Shown in pieces: positions 39,365 through 53,000 of a DNA stretch of 64,000 nucleotides. The notes under the pieces are model-generated. The model did no database searches and had not been told where the DNA came from. It worked only from the letters and a program-made list of their open reading frames with translations. The DNA is from Chiloscyllium plagiosum (taxonomy: Eukaryota). A program made the translations under genes and the position numbers. The stretch lies in contig NC_057718.1 in the NCBI RefSeq assembly GCF_004010195.1, positions 38,507,821 through 38,571,820 of the forward strand. The letters run 5' to 3'. Each line of letters opens with the position of its first letter. Position 1 is the first letter of the stretch.

Positions 39365-41569
39365 TATAGTGGTAAATATCTGGAATTTGCTACCACAAAA
39401 AGTGGTTGAAATGGGTTGTATTTATTCATTTTAGGGTGGCTGTGTAAGTGAGGTTGAGAGAGGTTATGCTGAGGGAATTCACGAAGAAAGAAATGGGAGG
39501 ACAAAAGTGAAGGATAAATGTTGGTATAGACTGGGTGTAGTGAGTAGACTGTTTTTGTACTGTATATCTTATGTATTTCAAATTCAGGGTGACCGTTCAA
39601 ACTGAGCCAACAGGGTTGAAGAAAAATCGTGCTTAGTGTAAAAATAACATTGATCCATTGTGTTGATCTTAGCCAGGCTTTCTCAGCTGTCTTCCTTGCC
39701 TGTGTCTCAGTAAATGATACATTCAAAACCAAGATCGATGGATTTTTTGTCTTAGGGAATTGGAGGATATTTAGATTGGACAAAAAGGTGGAATTGTTAT
39801 AAAAGTTCAACCCTGGTTTTATTTAAAAAATTGAGGCCTTGGGGACCATGTGACCTACTCCACCTCATGCTTATTAATGCTTGTCGTGTACATACATGTT
39901 TTTCTACATCATTTATCTTTTGATTTTTCACAACCTATATTTTCAAGTTTTGGAGAAGCAATTTCCCACACTATTCCTATAATTTGTTCTATAATAAAAT
40001 GATAAATGTGTATGGAGTCATGTGTTTATAAAAAATGGAGGTACTTTACTGTACGCCTATTTCTTTAGCTAATTATAAAGCAAGTACCTCGAATGCTTTC
40101 TAGAGCATTTTATTTTCATTACTTCAGCATCCTTGCTGATTTGTGTGTGAATAGGATAATGTTTCAGCAATCATATAAATAATTTATATTCCTTGACATA
40201 TAGGTGGTTAACCAAATGGTGTCATCCATTACAGTAGAAAACTGTATGGTTCATTAACAGGTGATCTCTGCTTCCAATAGACTTGAATCTAGTTTGTCAT
40301 TTCTATAATAAATGTAAATGTATTTATTATATGTTTCATAAGATTTTCAACAAAGGCATCATTTTCTTGTGTCTGACTGCAAAAGAAAATTGCTGAATTT
40401 CAAACCAAAATATTTTACACATTGCTGTCTTCCAAAAATCAATTCATGAATATAAACTGCAAACCAGCAAGTTTGAGTAAAATTTAAAAAGAGGACAAAA
40501 AATATAAGTAGGTTAAGTGTCATAGACCAAAAATTTTAACATGGCAGTTGGCAATAAATTACTTTCTTGCCATTTGAGCTTACTGTCAAGAATTCTGAAC
40601 TTTCCTTTACATTATATAGCTGTAATAATAGTTGAATTCACATCTCATTATAAAAACATTATGTTATTAAAATTGTTTTTAAGAGGTAATTGTTTTGGTC
40701 TTCAAGTTGTTTGAAAATTAAGCATAATTTCAAACTACTCAGCAATACAGTCTTAAGGCATTACATATTAATACGTTAGAACAGAAAACTGAATATGCGG
40801 ACTAGCTGTGTTTATAAAATATTTTAAAACATAATCCAACCTTTTGTTATATAAATATGACTTAAAATGCTTTTAATATAGAGTAGCACGTTGTATTTTA
40901 ATAGGAAATGCAGGGAAGGAACAAATTGTAGATCTGAGAATTAAGTTACTCCTCTGATGATAAAAACATGTTGCTTGTTTGTGTTCATATTGTTGTTTTG
41001 TGTACACTAATTGTGCATAATCTTTTCATACAAAAATTTTAAATTTTAGCTTTTTCAGTATATGTTTTTACAGCTCTAGTAGATATTTTAAAACTTTTCT
41101 CTTTGCGCTTCAGCTCTGACTCTCCAAATGGAAACACCAATTATCTTTGGAAATAACCACTATCTTGAAAATCTGCTTGCCAAAGATGAAGTAATGTGTT
41201 AACTACAATATAATGATTGCATTGTAGGGGTAGCATGAATAATTAACTGGGCAACAAAGATTAAAAAATGGAATACAATACTAAATTCTCCAGCTGTTCT
41301 TTGGTAAATGTTTGCTGCTTTCCTTCCTGAATTCCATACACGAAACTGAAATGTTTGAGTACAGTTGCAAAGCAAATTGATAGACCATACTTATGTCAGC
41401 GGTTGATAAAATTGCATGCAGAATGATAAACCTGACACTATATCTCAGAGTTAAAGAAAGGACTATGCCCTGTGAATCCTGGAGTGCTATGAGGCACACA
41501 AATTTTATTGACTAATTGCTCTGATAAATACTTTACTATGTTTAACTGCACCAACTACATTTATATTGC

Positions 41570-42150
41570 ATTTCTATTTTACAAAATAACCAACAATGCT
41601 TCACATGTGTAGTATCCCAAAAAAACTGATACTGAACCATTTAATTAGCTAAGAGGACAGATGACTGAATGTTTGGTCAAGTAGTTAGATTTAAAGGAAT
41701 CTCATAAAGGAAGAAAGTGGTGGAGAGGCAGAAAGATTTATAGCGAGAATTCCAGCACGAGAGGCCTATTCAGCTGAAGGTGCAGTCGACAATGGTGAAG
41801 TCGTGAAACTCAGGGATGCAAAACAGAACAGAATTGGAGGAACAGAACACAGGGGTTGCAAAGGATTGTAGGGCTAGAAGAGGTTACAGAGATGAGGAAA
41901 GGCAAGGGGAAGGAGGGATTTGAAAACCAAGGTGCAAATTTTAATATGAAGGACATTTTGTACTGGGAAACCAATGTAGGTTGGCAAACTCAGGAGTATT
42001 GAATGAATGGAACATGGTGTGACAGCACAGTTATGGATGATCTCAAATTTTGATGATTAAAAGATCAGAGACTGGCCATGAGAGTATTGGAACAGTCTAA
42101 AGCTGACAAAGGCATCAATAAGGATTTCACCAGTGGATGAGTATTGCTCT
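41570..42150 (-). mobile_element. Old L2-like LINE 3' end
   Basis: Purine-rich + strand resembling the reverse complement of the L2-type 3' region also seen at 4200-4830. Pattern recognition only. Confidence 0.45.
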
Positions 42151-45100
42151 GTCATTATATGCATTCTTAGCTTGAAAGAATGAGAACGATAGCGAGATCA
42201 TGATCATATGTTATGATTACAGATTACACTTTGCATGTCAGCTGTTCAGGCAAACATTCCAGCAATTTCTTACAAGGAGGAGCATTTTCATACCAGATAT
42301 ATTGTTCCTGTTGGCACAGTTTGAATGGAAGGGATCAGGAAATCAGATATATTGTGATCTTGCCACATGTTTGCTCCAGCCTTATGTTCCATACATTATG
42401 GAATTGTAAAGCTAAATTTGGATGGGTGGGTTACAATCCTCAATGGCTTCAATTTTGAATTGGCACTCTCTGTTCTGAATGAGAAGTCCATTCAGCATGA
42501 CCCATAGATAGAGCTGTCAGCCTCCATCACAATGTGAGAGAACTGCAGTGGTAGCAGTGATTATGTTGGAGGAGCCCTAAGTAGGAGGGAAGCAGCTGCC
42601 ATTGTAGCAGGTTAAACTTTAATCAAAAAAGCAGTCTCTATGATTAGGCTGCACTGCCATACCTTCTGCTTAAGGAAACATGAATGTTGTGCGAGAAAAT
42701 TAATAAAAGGCATTAAATGTATCTTGGATCTCCAAACTCAAAGTCAACTCTGCTGCGTTGTTAGATATTTGACACAACAGGAGGCTGCAATGTTTCAAAA
42801 ATTTAAATCCGTTAAGGTAGTACAGTACCTTCTTTGCTAATATAAAGTGCTCATCCAATACCTCAGCCATGTCAATTGCCTTCAAGTATGGATCCCCACT
42901 TACAGTCCCTAATTTTCACTACCCCACCTCTTATTGTTCTTTCGCTTTTTATTGGTCTATAGAAGATGTTTGGATTCCTTTTCCTGTTGGTTACTAATTT
43001 CTTGCCATATGCTTGCGTTTCCTTTTACATTTTTCACTTCTTTTCTGGACTTTCTATATGCAGTCTGTTCCTCATTCATATTATCAATCTGACATCGTTC
43101 CTTTGCATAATTTCACTGTTTCATCTTACACACTGTCTGTCATGTCATCCTAGATTGGTTGCTCTATTCTCCACTCCCCCACCAAATGAGAATGTACCTC
43201 AACTGTTCTCAAACCATCTCCTGGTATAGGCCTCCCATTGTTCTGCTACAATATAATCTGCCAGTTTTTTAAAATTTCATTTACCGAGGTCAAATCTTTT
43301 GTCAACCATGTTAAATTGGCCATCCTCAAAATTCAGTATTTTTCCTTCAGCTTACTCTGTGTCCTGTCATATTCTATAGCTAATCTAGAACTTATAATAT
43401 TATGGTTTTTATCCCTAAATAATCCCTTACAGACACTTAATCCAATTGATTTACCTCCAGTAATGACTCTCTTTAAGGACTTGTTGTTAGGTTACTTACT
43501 ATCCATTGCAATTTGGACCCTAATTGATAATGGACATTGGATATTACAAGTAGTCTCACACCTGAACCAAACGGGTTTTCCGCCTGATCAACTCAAGTAC
43601 TTGACCAAGATGACAGAAACTACAGCAGCAGTGTAAACAGGGCTTTAAGTGACCCAACATCATTTCAGTTTGTAGAAACATTATGGAGGGAATTAGTTGA
43701 TTGAGTTATGGTTATTGTCCTTCATCACCATCTCTGGGTATGTTTTTTCCCACCAGCAGAACAGACTGACAATAGGTGGAGGCATATGTATACAGTCAGA
43801 ATGGATTGGCTTCTAGGAGACTTCAACATTGACTCTGGACCTTGTGAAGTCTCTTGGCATCAAGTTACTTATGAGCAAGGAATCTACTGTTGATTACCTC
43901 CTACTGTCCTCCATCAACTGATGACTTGCTACTCCCCCCACGTTGAATATCTCTTGGACTAAGCACTGAGTGTAGCCAGTAGGCAATGTATAATCTAGGG
44001 AGATGTTAACATCTGTCAGCAAGAGTGGCTCAGTAACACTGCTACTAACCAAGATGGCTGAGCCTTCAAAGACAGAGCTGTCAGTCTGGCCTAAAGCTGA
44101 TAACGAGATAACTAACATGAGGAAGAACAAACCTCATCTTGTCATCACCAAAATACTCTTTACTTGTACATTTATTGACAAGCGCATCACATTAAAGACA
44201 TCATCCAGCATGTTGTGTGGCATGATGACTGAGATAGATTCAGCATACTTACAACAGCTCATAACAGGGCATCCATAAGGTACTTTGGTAATTATCAGCA
44301 GCAGAATTGTACTTTACCACAATCGATATGGCTTGGGATATTGCTCGCTTGGCTATTGCCAGCAAATCTGGGATTTGAGCCGAGGTTAACAAGGAGTATA
44401 GGAGAGTATGCTGGGAGCAACATTATGCATACCTAAAAGTGAGATACTAACCTGGTGAAGGTATAAGATGGGACTGTGAATGTATTAAACTGTGGAAGTA
44501 GCTTGTTATAGTCAGAGGAAAGCAATTCCTCAAGCAATCAGACTTTTGGGATCCTATCAAATTCAGCTGTAGATGGTAGAAAATTAAATGACTAAAATAT
44601 GGAAAAACATCCATAAAATCCAACATTTAAATAATGGTTGAAATATTTCCAAGTCAGGATGGTGTGACTTGAAAGAAAACTTCAAAGTGGTATTCCCATA
44701 TCCCCACTACCTTTGTTCTTCTACGTAGTAACATTAATTACTTTTCTCAAGAGGAACTCCTCCCTTCAAGAACTGCTGGCTAATAAGATAGATGGCAGCT
44801 CTGTAGTCATAATAGCATCTTCTGGGAGATGCACCACACCAAGGAGCCCAAGGTCAGGGGTGTTTGTGAGTAGAATAAGGGATTTGGGAATGGATTAACA
44901 AACAGAGGAATGACCCTGAAGAGGGTGTCTTGGATGGGCCAAAGGATCTGCAAATGAAATCTGTCTTCCCCTTGCCTGACAGCAGCTCATGCAGCTAACA
45001 TATCCAGATTTTCCATGTGGTGTGGGTCTTCCCCGACAATGTATATAAAATACCAGCAGAAGAGGAAGAGTAATAATAAACATAAATCCAAGGGCAGGCA

Positions 45101-45848
45101 AAGCACCTGCACCTTTACTAATCCTGTAAAATTTTAGGCAGGTTTGGTGTGAGTGGGTAAGCAGTACTATTAATTTTGGAAAGGAACAGGAAAGCATTAA
45201 TAAATAAAGTACCTGCAGTGTAAATGAATGTAGATAGATGTTTTAATATAAGTTGCCAACAATAAGAGCATTTGAATATAAAAGTGTTAATTAAATATTC
45301 AGCAAGTTTTATAAATTGACAGGCGAACAATAGTGAATTTAGTATCTGTAAAACATGCAGTGTTGTATCTTCACTGAGATATGGGATATATTGCTTCATT
45401 ATTTTGCTGTATTACAGTGACACCATATTTGGAATGCATTGGAACCATGGCAACCATCAGAAATTGTACTGTAGATCTTGGATTACCATGAGCAATCTCA
45501 TAGAAAATTTGCCAGACCTTATTAAAAATTCAGCTCAGCTTTGAATATAAAGTATCATGCATGTAAATTTATTAATTGAAAATAGTTTTATGAAACAACT
45601 TTCCACAATGACCTCTGTAGAAATGGCTCCAATTGCATACAAAATAGAGCTAGTTTTCATCTGTCTACTGTTTGTTTTTTTGGTGTAAACAGGATAATAA
45701 TGGAATTAAAATTATAAACTAAATGCAGAATTTCATCTGGAGATCTTCTTATTATTTTGATTAGGCCCAAATTTGTGTGACCACTTTTATTTTGAAATGG
45801 GAAGGGCCTATACAGCACACAGTACCATGATATTTTAAGCATTGTTTT

Positions 45849-46650
45849 GATTGATTGATTGATTGTCACATATACCTAACTGCGGTGAAAAGCTTTGTTT
45901 GCAAGCAGATCATAGTGAGCAAGGACATACAGATCATAGAATGAAAAAAACATGGACAGAGTAAGGCATACACTGCACAAGGACATGTGCTAGGCAAGAT
46001 CAACATTAATAAGTTCAACATCATTTGAAGTTAGAGAGACCATTCATCAGTCTAATAATGGCAGAGAAGAAGCTGTTCTTGAACCTGCTGCTGCTTGTGT
46101 TCAAGCTTCTGTATCTTCTGACTGATGGAAGAGGTTGTAGAAGAGCATTACTGGGGTGAGATGGGTCTTTGATAATGTTGGCAGCCTTTCTGTGGCAGTG
46201 AGACATGTAAATGGAGTCAATGGATGAGAGGTTGAGTTCCTTGATGGTCTGGACTGTGCACACAGCCTGCTGTAGTTTCTTACAGTTCTGGACAGAGCAT
46301 TTGCCTGACCAGGCCATTATGTACCCGGACAGTATGCTTTCTATGGTGCATCTGTAAAAGTTGGTGAGGGTCCTTCTGGACATGCCAAATTTCCTGAGCC
46401 ACCTGTGAAAGAAAAGGTGTGTGCCTTCTTGACGTGGGAATCCAGGACAGGTTTGTGGTTATTGTCACTCCTAGGTACTTGACACTCTCAACCTTCTCCA
46501 CCTTCGCTCCGTTGATGTAGATGGGGACGTGATCTCCTTCTTTCTTTCTGAAGTCAATGATCAGTTCTTTTGTTTTGCTGACATTGAGAGAGAGGTTGTT
46601 ATCATTGTATCACGTCACCAAGCCCTCTATTTCCTTTCTGTAGTCTGACT
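45849..46650 (-). mobile_element. Rex1/Babar-type LINE 3' fragment
   Basis: KYLGVTITTNLSW and TLTNFYRCTIESILSG..AW...KAANIIKDPSHP...LPS.RRYRS...RFKNSFF..IRLMN. (CAAT)n tail near 45849-45863. Confidence 0.85.
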
Positions 46651-47184
46651 TGTTGTACTCACTTCTTTGTGTTTAAAACAAGGTATTCCTGAGGCTGCCT
46701 GTCTCTTTCCAAATCTACATCCCTAGCTCAAGACATGCCCCTCCATATACGGTACTTGTTACTCATAGAGTTTCTTCACACTTGCACATGGCAAACTTCT
46801 GCAATGTTCACTTCTTCCTTGTGTGCATTTTTTTCCTTGCTAAGTGCATCTGCTTCAGTGCAACAATAGTGTCTTTTGATTTCTTTTCTCATTTTTATTG
46901 AAGCACTTCCAAGATCTGCAGTGAGGATCATGACTCCTTTTTTTTTGACAAATCTGTGGACTGACCTGTTGGGTCTCAAAGCAATCTTTGTCCTTGTTAT
47001 TAGTTTTCTTCTTGTGTTAAGTTCTAAGCAGGACCAGGAAGCCAAAGTGTTGAACCTTCGGAGCTTTGTTATTGGAGAGGTTCACTCCACATGCAGCAAA
47101 GCTAGACTAAGCTGCTTCCTGCCTAAAATGGCTGATGAAGTCATCATTATGTCATGTGATCAGACTCTTAAAGTGACAGTCAAT

Positions 47185-48335
47185 ATGGAAAAGCAACAGT
47201 AACCTACCTAGGACATATGGTCGGAAAGGTCAAGTGAAGGCTCTAATAGACTTTTCTAAATGGGAAATCATGAGGGTTTAGGAATGCGTGGGTTTTACCA
47301 GAAACCTTAGCACAATACCCATGCACTTACAAATTTGATAAGGAAACAACAAAAGTATATAGTCAGCAGAATGTCAACCAGCCTTTGACAATTCTAATAA
47401 ATGAACCAGAATTAGCCACCCCAGATTCTTCCAGACCCCTCAAAATAACAGTCAATGCTAGTGACTTAGGTATATGTGCAGTCTTCTATAGGATGGTGAT
47501 TTGGGATTAGAGATATCAGACTTGATGAACTGGAGCTGAAAGGTTGTGTACAAATAGAGCTTCGATTGTTTGTAAGAAACTGATTGGTCTGTGAATTAGT
47601 GACTAATTATCGATGACAAGGGCCTTTTGCCTACCAACAGTCATGTGATTGGTTCTCAGGCAGCTGAACAGCTTGGGGTTGTGAGCAAGAGAGCGAGAAG
47701 CCTTCAGACTTCCACCAGCTCAGGAGCTCTCTTTGTTTTCTGCCATAAATAAGCCTGAAGAAAATCATTTTATTTTTTCCTTCAATAGTGGCTGTAAGCT
47801 GTGACTTTTAGAAGTTAAAGATATTTTGTAAGTGTGAATCAATCAGCTGTGCCTCCTACAAATAAGTGAAAGCCTCTGAAGAAGGAAGATCAAGAATCTG
47901 CATTCTGACCAGCACAAGAAACATAAGAATCATTTCAGCAATCCTGTGAACTGTATTCAATGAATTGCCATCCCAGTCTTAGTGTCCATCCTTAATACTC
48001 ATGGTTTCTTTCCTGTCTGTTGACATGCATGTATAAGAGGTAGCTAATATAGGGATTAGAGTTTAAATTAATGGAGTTATATGGCAAGTGTTCATAATTG
48101 TTTACCTGTCGCTAGAGTCTAATGAGTTTTGATATATAATAATTTTTGTTAAGTACAGAAACCTGCAACCAAAAGACAGGTAAATTGAGAAATTCTGTGT
48201 ACTTTTTAAAATTTTTAACCCATATGATGACTTTGGAAATAGTGGGCTTGATTTCCAGCAAGCAACCCAAGTGGACATGACAATTAGCTGAAAACAAGCA
48301 GCAAAAATAAATATAGAATCAGGAAGCATTGAACC
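47185..48335 (+). mobile_element. Gypsy LTR-retrotransposon remnant (pol RT/RNase H fragments followed by LTR-like sequence)
   Basis: GKATVTYLGHMVG, LGMRGFYQK and LATPDSSRPLKITVNASDLGICAV resemble Gypsy VTYLGH / FLG..GYYR / LxxPDFSKPF.L..DAS..GIGAVL. The LTR part is inferred. Confidence 0.65.
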
Positions 48336-49429
48336 AGCTTTAATGTTGTAATCAATTCCAGAGGATCTAATTGTAATTAATTTCTTAACATTTGGGTTTT
48401 CAAGAAGTCTGAAATGGAAATCATTCCTGCTCTTTAAATTATGGATTCTGCTGGGCTTATTGAGAGTGAGCTGGGTGGAATTTCCTGGGGTGAGGGAAGG
48501 GGTGAGTAATGTAGGAGGTGCAGATGGAAGAATAGGTCAAGTCATGTCAGGGATGCTGAGGGATGAACATTGTCAGGATATGGGAAGGGGAGTGAACAGT
48601 TGGCTGTATAAGTAATGTCACGGTAGAGTGAGCAGTCTTAGGAGAATGGAGGCAAATTTAGCATTGTCAGGGATTGTGCAAAGTTGGGAGCAGGTGAGCA
48701 GCGGCAGGAGGGTGGGAGAGTTGGGGTCGCATGGATGAGAAGCATCAAGTGTGTGAGGAAGGGGGAGGCAGTGAGCAGTATTCAGGGTGCAGGAGAATGA
48801 ACAGTGTCAGCAATGACAAGGTTGACAGATATGGAGATCATATGTCAAGTACATTAAAAATAATGTTGTTAAACTAAGGCAGATCTGAAGAAACATGCCT
48901 TAGTTCATAATGTGTAAACAGATGTGACATCACAGGAATTCCCTCCTGGCTCATTGCTCTGATGACTCGATTTGGCAGTCCTGGGAAGGTCCTAAGATTC
49001 TAGCATGAAAAGTTAAAATTGTAGTTGCAACTGCAGTCAGCAGTGTATGCTGACATGCCATCGCTGAACATAAGGTCTGTGCCTTTGTTTCTCTTATCTC
49101 TTTCTTCTTTAATTTCATTTGTCACCACAATATTCATTCCGATTTCTATACATAATTCAACTCTAATTTAAACTTTTTGTTTCAGACTTTGAGTAGTTTA
49201 GTGATGGTTCTTCAAGCTGATTGTTTGAAAAGCCTGGCTGATTCGTGCCATGCTCTCAAACTTCAACATCCCCATAGAGGACATTGTGTTGCATGAGACC
49301 TGGACAGCAGCTGGTAGCAAGGTGACTGGATAACACCATTTCTTTGCTACTGCTTGGTAACCCAGGTCACAGCATAACCTATGCTGGTACTTCAGTGCTT
49401 TAGAATTGAGTTCTGGATTGTCTGTTGTA

Positions 49430-49718
49430 CCTTAAGAGGTCAAAGTAGGCATGAAAGATCCCAAGGAATTGTTTAAGACAAACATGCATAATGTTCCCTG
49501 CTTTCATTACAACAGTTTCCTGAGACTACTAACAGTAAGTATTCCTCCCTCAGTCAACTACAATAATAACATTCAAATGAAGCTGGCCATTTATTTTGTT
49601 GTTGTTTATACAGTCATGTTGCATAAAAAGGTTGCCCCATTTGTTTACTTGAAGTTCACCACTGCACTGTTGTGTGGGGAATTTCTTAATGATGCACTAA
49701 GGTGTTGTATAAATGTAA
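49430..49718 (+). mobile_element. Ancient Deu-domain SINE (AmnSINE1/SacSINE1-like) remnant
   Basis: Ordered blocks aaagatccca.gg...tattcctccctcagtcaac...ctggccatttat...aaggtgttgtataaatgtaa recall the Deu domain and its tail. Confidence 0.5.
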
Positions 49719-50536
49719 AATCAGACTCCAAAATGTAAGACACATAGCCCTACTGGGCTCACCAACTCCCTACTGGGCTCACCAGCAAAATAATGTGTGG
49801 TGATCTAGCATTCCTAGGTTTCTCACAAAATAAAAAATGCATGTAGAATTAGGACTTGGAAATGTTTGTAATTTATAGAAATGTTGTGACTTTATCTTTT
49901 GACATCTATGGAGTGGCGAAACTAATGCATAATTATGTAACTAATCAAAATCTCATTTTGTACCACTTCTGACTTTCTTTTCTCTGTACCTAAATAGAGA
50001 AGAAAATTAGTGATTTTTACTTACACCTGAACCAAGGTTTAGGATATTTGCATGTACAATAGGGGACTTGTTCCTGCTTGAGATCCTAGCACCATTATTC
50101 GTTGCATTCGGGGAACCCAATTTGTCAGATCGTCTTCAACAAAAGAGATGAGTTACTTGCAAATTAATGCGGAGTTTGGAGCAGGAGGAGTATTTCATCC
50201 AATCAAATGGACCCATGTTCCTTTGATTCCAAGGTCCTTGATCTTCAGGCTTACTTAGTCCTCAATCTTCCTGCTATAGAACCTAAGGTTCTCAACCTGT
50301 AGGGCAGTCAGCCTTGGCTAGTGATCACCCTCCCTCTCCCACAGTACTGAGGATTATAGTGGTGAATTCTCTTGCATAGGGCTTGAATCCACAATTTTTT
50401 TAACTCAAGGTGAGTGTGTTACTACTGAGTCAAGGTTGATATTTTTGATCATAGTTGATATTTGTATATACATGCATTTGGTTGCAGTGCCCATAGTATC
50501 AGAGCAGTAATTTTATTTTATTTCATTCTCTTCCAG

Positions 50537-50701
50537 TATCTCCAGAAGCAGTTGGGTTCCTCTCTGCTGTTGGGGTGATTGTCATTCTTATGATCCTTCT
50601 CTTCCTATATATCAACAAAAGACTGTGCATTGAGAATATAGGAGAGTTTCCGTGCCTTGATACAGAATACAGGGCCAATAAAGATTTACAAGACAATACC
50701 C
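50537..50701 (+). CDS. SYT14: Synaptotagmin-14 transmembrane-domain exon
   Basis: Acceptor tttcattctcttccag| and donor |gtaagt. 165 bp, phase 1/1, in frame with the 9711-9758 exon. Translates (V)SPEAVGFLSAVGVIVILMILLFLYINKRLCIENIGEFPCLDTEYRANKDLQDNT, matching the SYT14 TM region. Confidence 0.95.
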
Positions 50702-51769
50702 GTAAGTGGTTTATTTTAGATTTTAACCATTTTAGTTTTGTGCAAGTGGAAAATATTTATTGTGTTTGAAAATGACTAACATGAGCAAACTGAACCTGAT
50801 TTCTTTAACTAAATTTCTTTACAATACAAAGCTGTTAGAAATACAAATTTCCTTTTTTTTTCTACAATGACAGACTTTAAATTTCAGTTGTGACATTCTT
50901 TTGAATTCAGATGTTCATTTAAAAATATAATTGAAAATCTAGGGATTATTTGTATTCTATTTAATTGTTCAATACAATTGAAGATAACTTTAATTATATC
51001 ATAATAGCGAATCATAATTTGCTGGGTGTTCATGTTCTCCAAATAATTTCCTCTTTATAACTTAACAAGCACTACACCTAATAGTATTGTATAATTGCTT
51101 CATGGATACTTCCATTTTACATGACTCTATTTGTAATCTAAGAAACAAATACTCAAGAACATTCAATCTATAGATTCCCGAATACCCAAGGGAACTGAAA
51201 GTGGTGCTTTGGGAGGTGTGCAGTTGCTGGTGAGGTGGAAGAATTGTAGGAAAAGAAGGGGGAAGGCAATGAGTGCTAATTTCCCCAGTGGTAACCCAAT
51301 GTGTATACAAATTATGGGGTAAAGTGCCTGATTTCCTATATGTGAAGTAAGCAGGTAAGGTTCCCTGCCCATAATACAAAGATAAGAACATTTGGTCCTC
51401 ATGCTAGTATGGTGACACTAAAGTGCCTATCTGTGGCACCTCAAGATTGACATTCAGGCTGGTTGAAAATCCCAGTTTTATGTATTGATTTATAAGCTCA
51501 CATTTCCTGTTTATTTCTTCAAAAACTACTTACTCTTAAATCCAAAATAAGGACAATGCACCAACAGCTCATGTTTTTAGGCTAATTGTTGAAAATTTGT
51601 ACATTGATGTTTATTAGATATGCATATAATAATGAATTTTAATGCCTTTTGTATTTATTTACTAACAGAGGTAAGCTGAAAAGGATGACCAATTTGGCAC
51701 ATTAACCAGTTGCACATTGCATCTGAAGGGGGTTTTGCTTTCTTGGGGTTAAAAAGACTGCTTGCTTAA

Positions 51770-53000
51770 ATGTCGTTTTTCAAGAGTTTTCAACAAAGCT
51801 TGAATTTTCCATCAGTGTCCTCTTTAGTCGAACAGCTTAGCAGTGTTGTAGAGGGCTTGAGTGATGCAGTTGGGCAGGCTGGTTATAGTGTGGCTGATTC
51901 AGTCACAGAGCAGGTAACACAAATCCTAAATGGCTTGCGTACAGAAGATGAATCTTCTGAAGTTTGTACAGACAATAATGTAGCATCTCCAAGTATCAGC
52001 TCAGAAGCTGAAATAAAGAAGCTGTCTGCTGAAGCTGGAGAAGAAACAAGAAGCTGCGCAACAAACAATAACTCGGGCGAGTCGCAAGATGATGCGAGGT
52101 ACGTTGTGTCAGAAACTACAAAAGAAAAAAGGCAGAATTGGTTGCAACATCAATCTCCAGTTTGTAGTTTAACAAGTGATGTTTCTGCAGAGACAAGTAC
52201 AAGGGATTTGAATTATAAACAAGTGGAAAACATTTCCTCTCTAGAATACACAGATATCTCTGACACTATGGGACAAAAAGAAGCACAGCAGCACAAAACA
52301 TCACTAAGTCATTTCAGAGAATCAGAGAAGTTAAAACTCACAGAAGTCAAGAAAAGCCCACAGCAGAAACAAGAGAATTGTGAAGGTGTAGATAATTATA
52401 CTATTTCAGGTTGCAACAGTGCTGCACAAGAACCTCAAATGATAAATGAAGAGAATAAAAAGTTCAAATGCATGTTATCTGATGTAGATTTGAAGAAGTC
52501 CAATTATGAAGTTAATAATCTCCCTTTGCAAGACAAAAGGAACAAATCAAGTAAATCTAGCAAATATAGTACTGACGACATAAGTAGTCAAATTAACAAC
52601 AATGAATATGTAGCTAATGATAAACAGGAAGAGGAAGTACCTAAAAAGGGAAAAAGGAAATCATCAATACTTGATATTGGATATAATAAAACAACTAATC
52701 AAACTACTGTAGCACTGGATGCGGAAAGGCAAAAAAAAGATAACGAAAGGAAAAAGTTAACCCGCTGGCTACTACATGGTGCAAAGAAGTCAGCAATTAA
52801 TAAACCCGATAATTCAGAAAAATGGACCAAAAATCTCGAGGGAATCATTTCAAATGATGATAAACACTCAGATCATAAAAATGAGTTTCAAAGACAAGAA
52901 GTGGACAAAAAAGGAGAAAATGAAGCCTCTTGTACCAAAATATCAGAAAAAAGTGGAAAAGTCAAGAAAGAAAAAAAAGAAAAGAAAACTCTGGACAAAG
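51770..53000 (+). CDS. SYT14: Large putative alternative N-terminal coding exon of SYT14 (410 codons + 1 nt; unspliced ORF runs to the stop at 53023)
   Basis: The only long intact ORF in the window (417 aa) and not transposon-like. Donor AAAG|GTGAGA at 53001 is phase 1, the same phase as the TM-exon donor. Acceptor-like actaacag ends at 51668. Assignment to SYT14 is inferred from position and phase. Confidence 0.7.

Noticed and set aside
39067..39810. 247-aa minus-strand ORF
   Set aside because: Its C-terminal part is read through an HE1 SINE and the rest through decayed LINE sequence, so it is a chance ORF.
49748..49784. Direct repeat ccctactgggctcacca x2
   Set aside because: Simple 20-bp-period duplication with only two copies; not an array or CRISPR.
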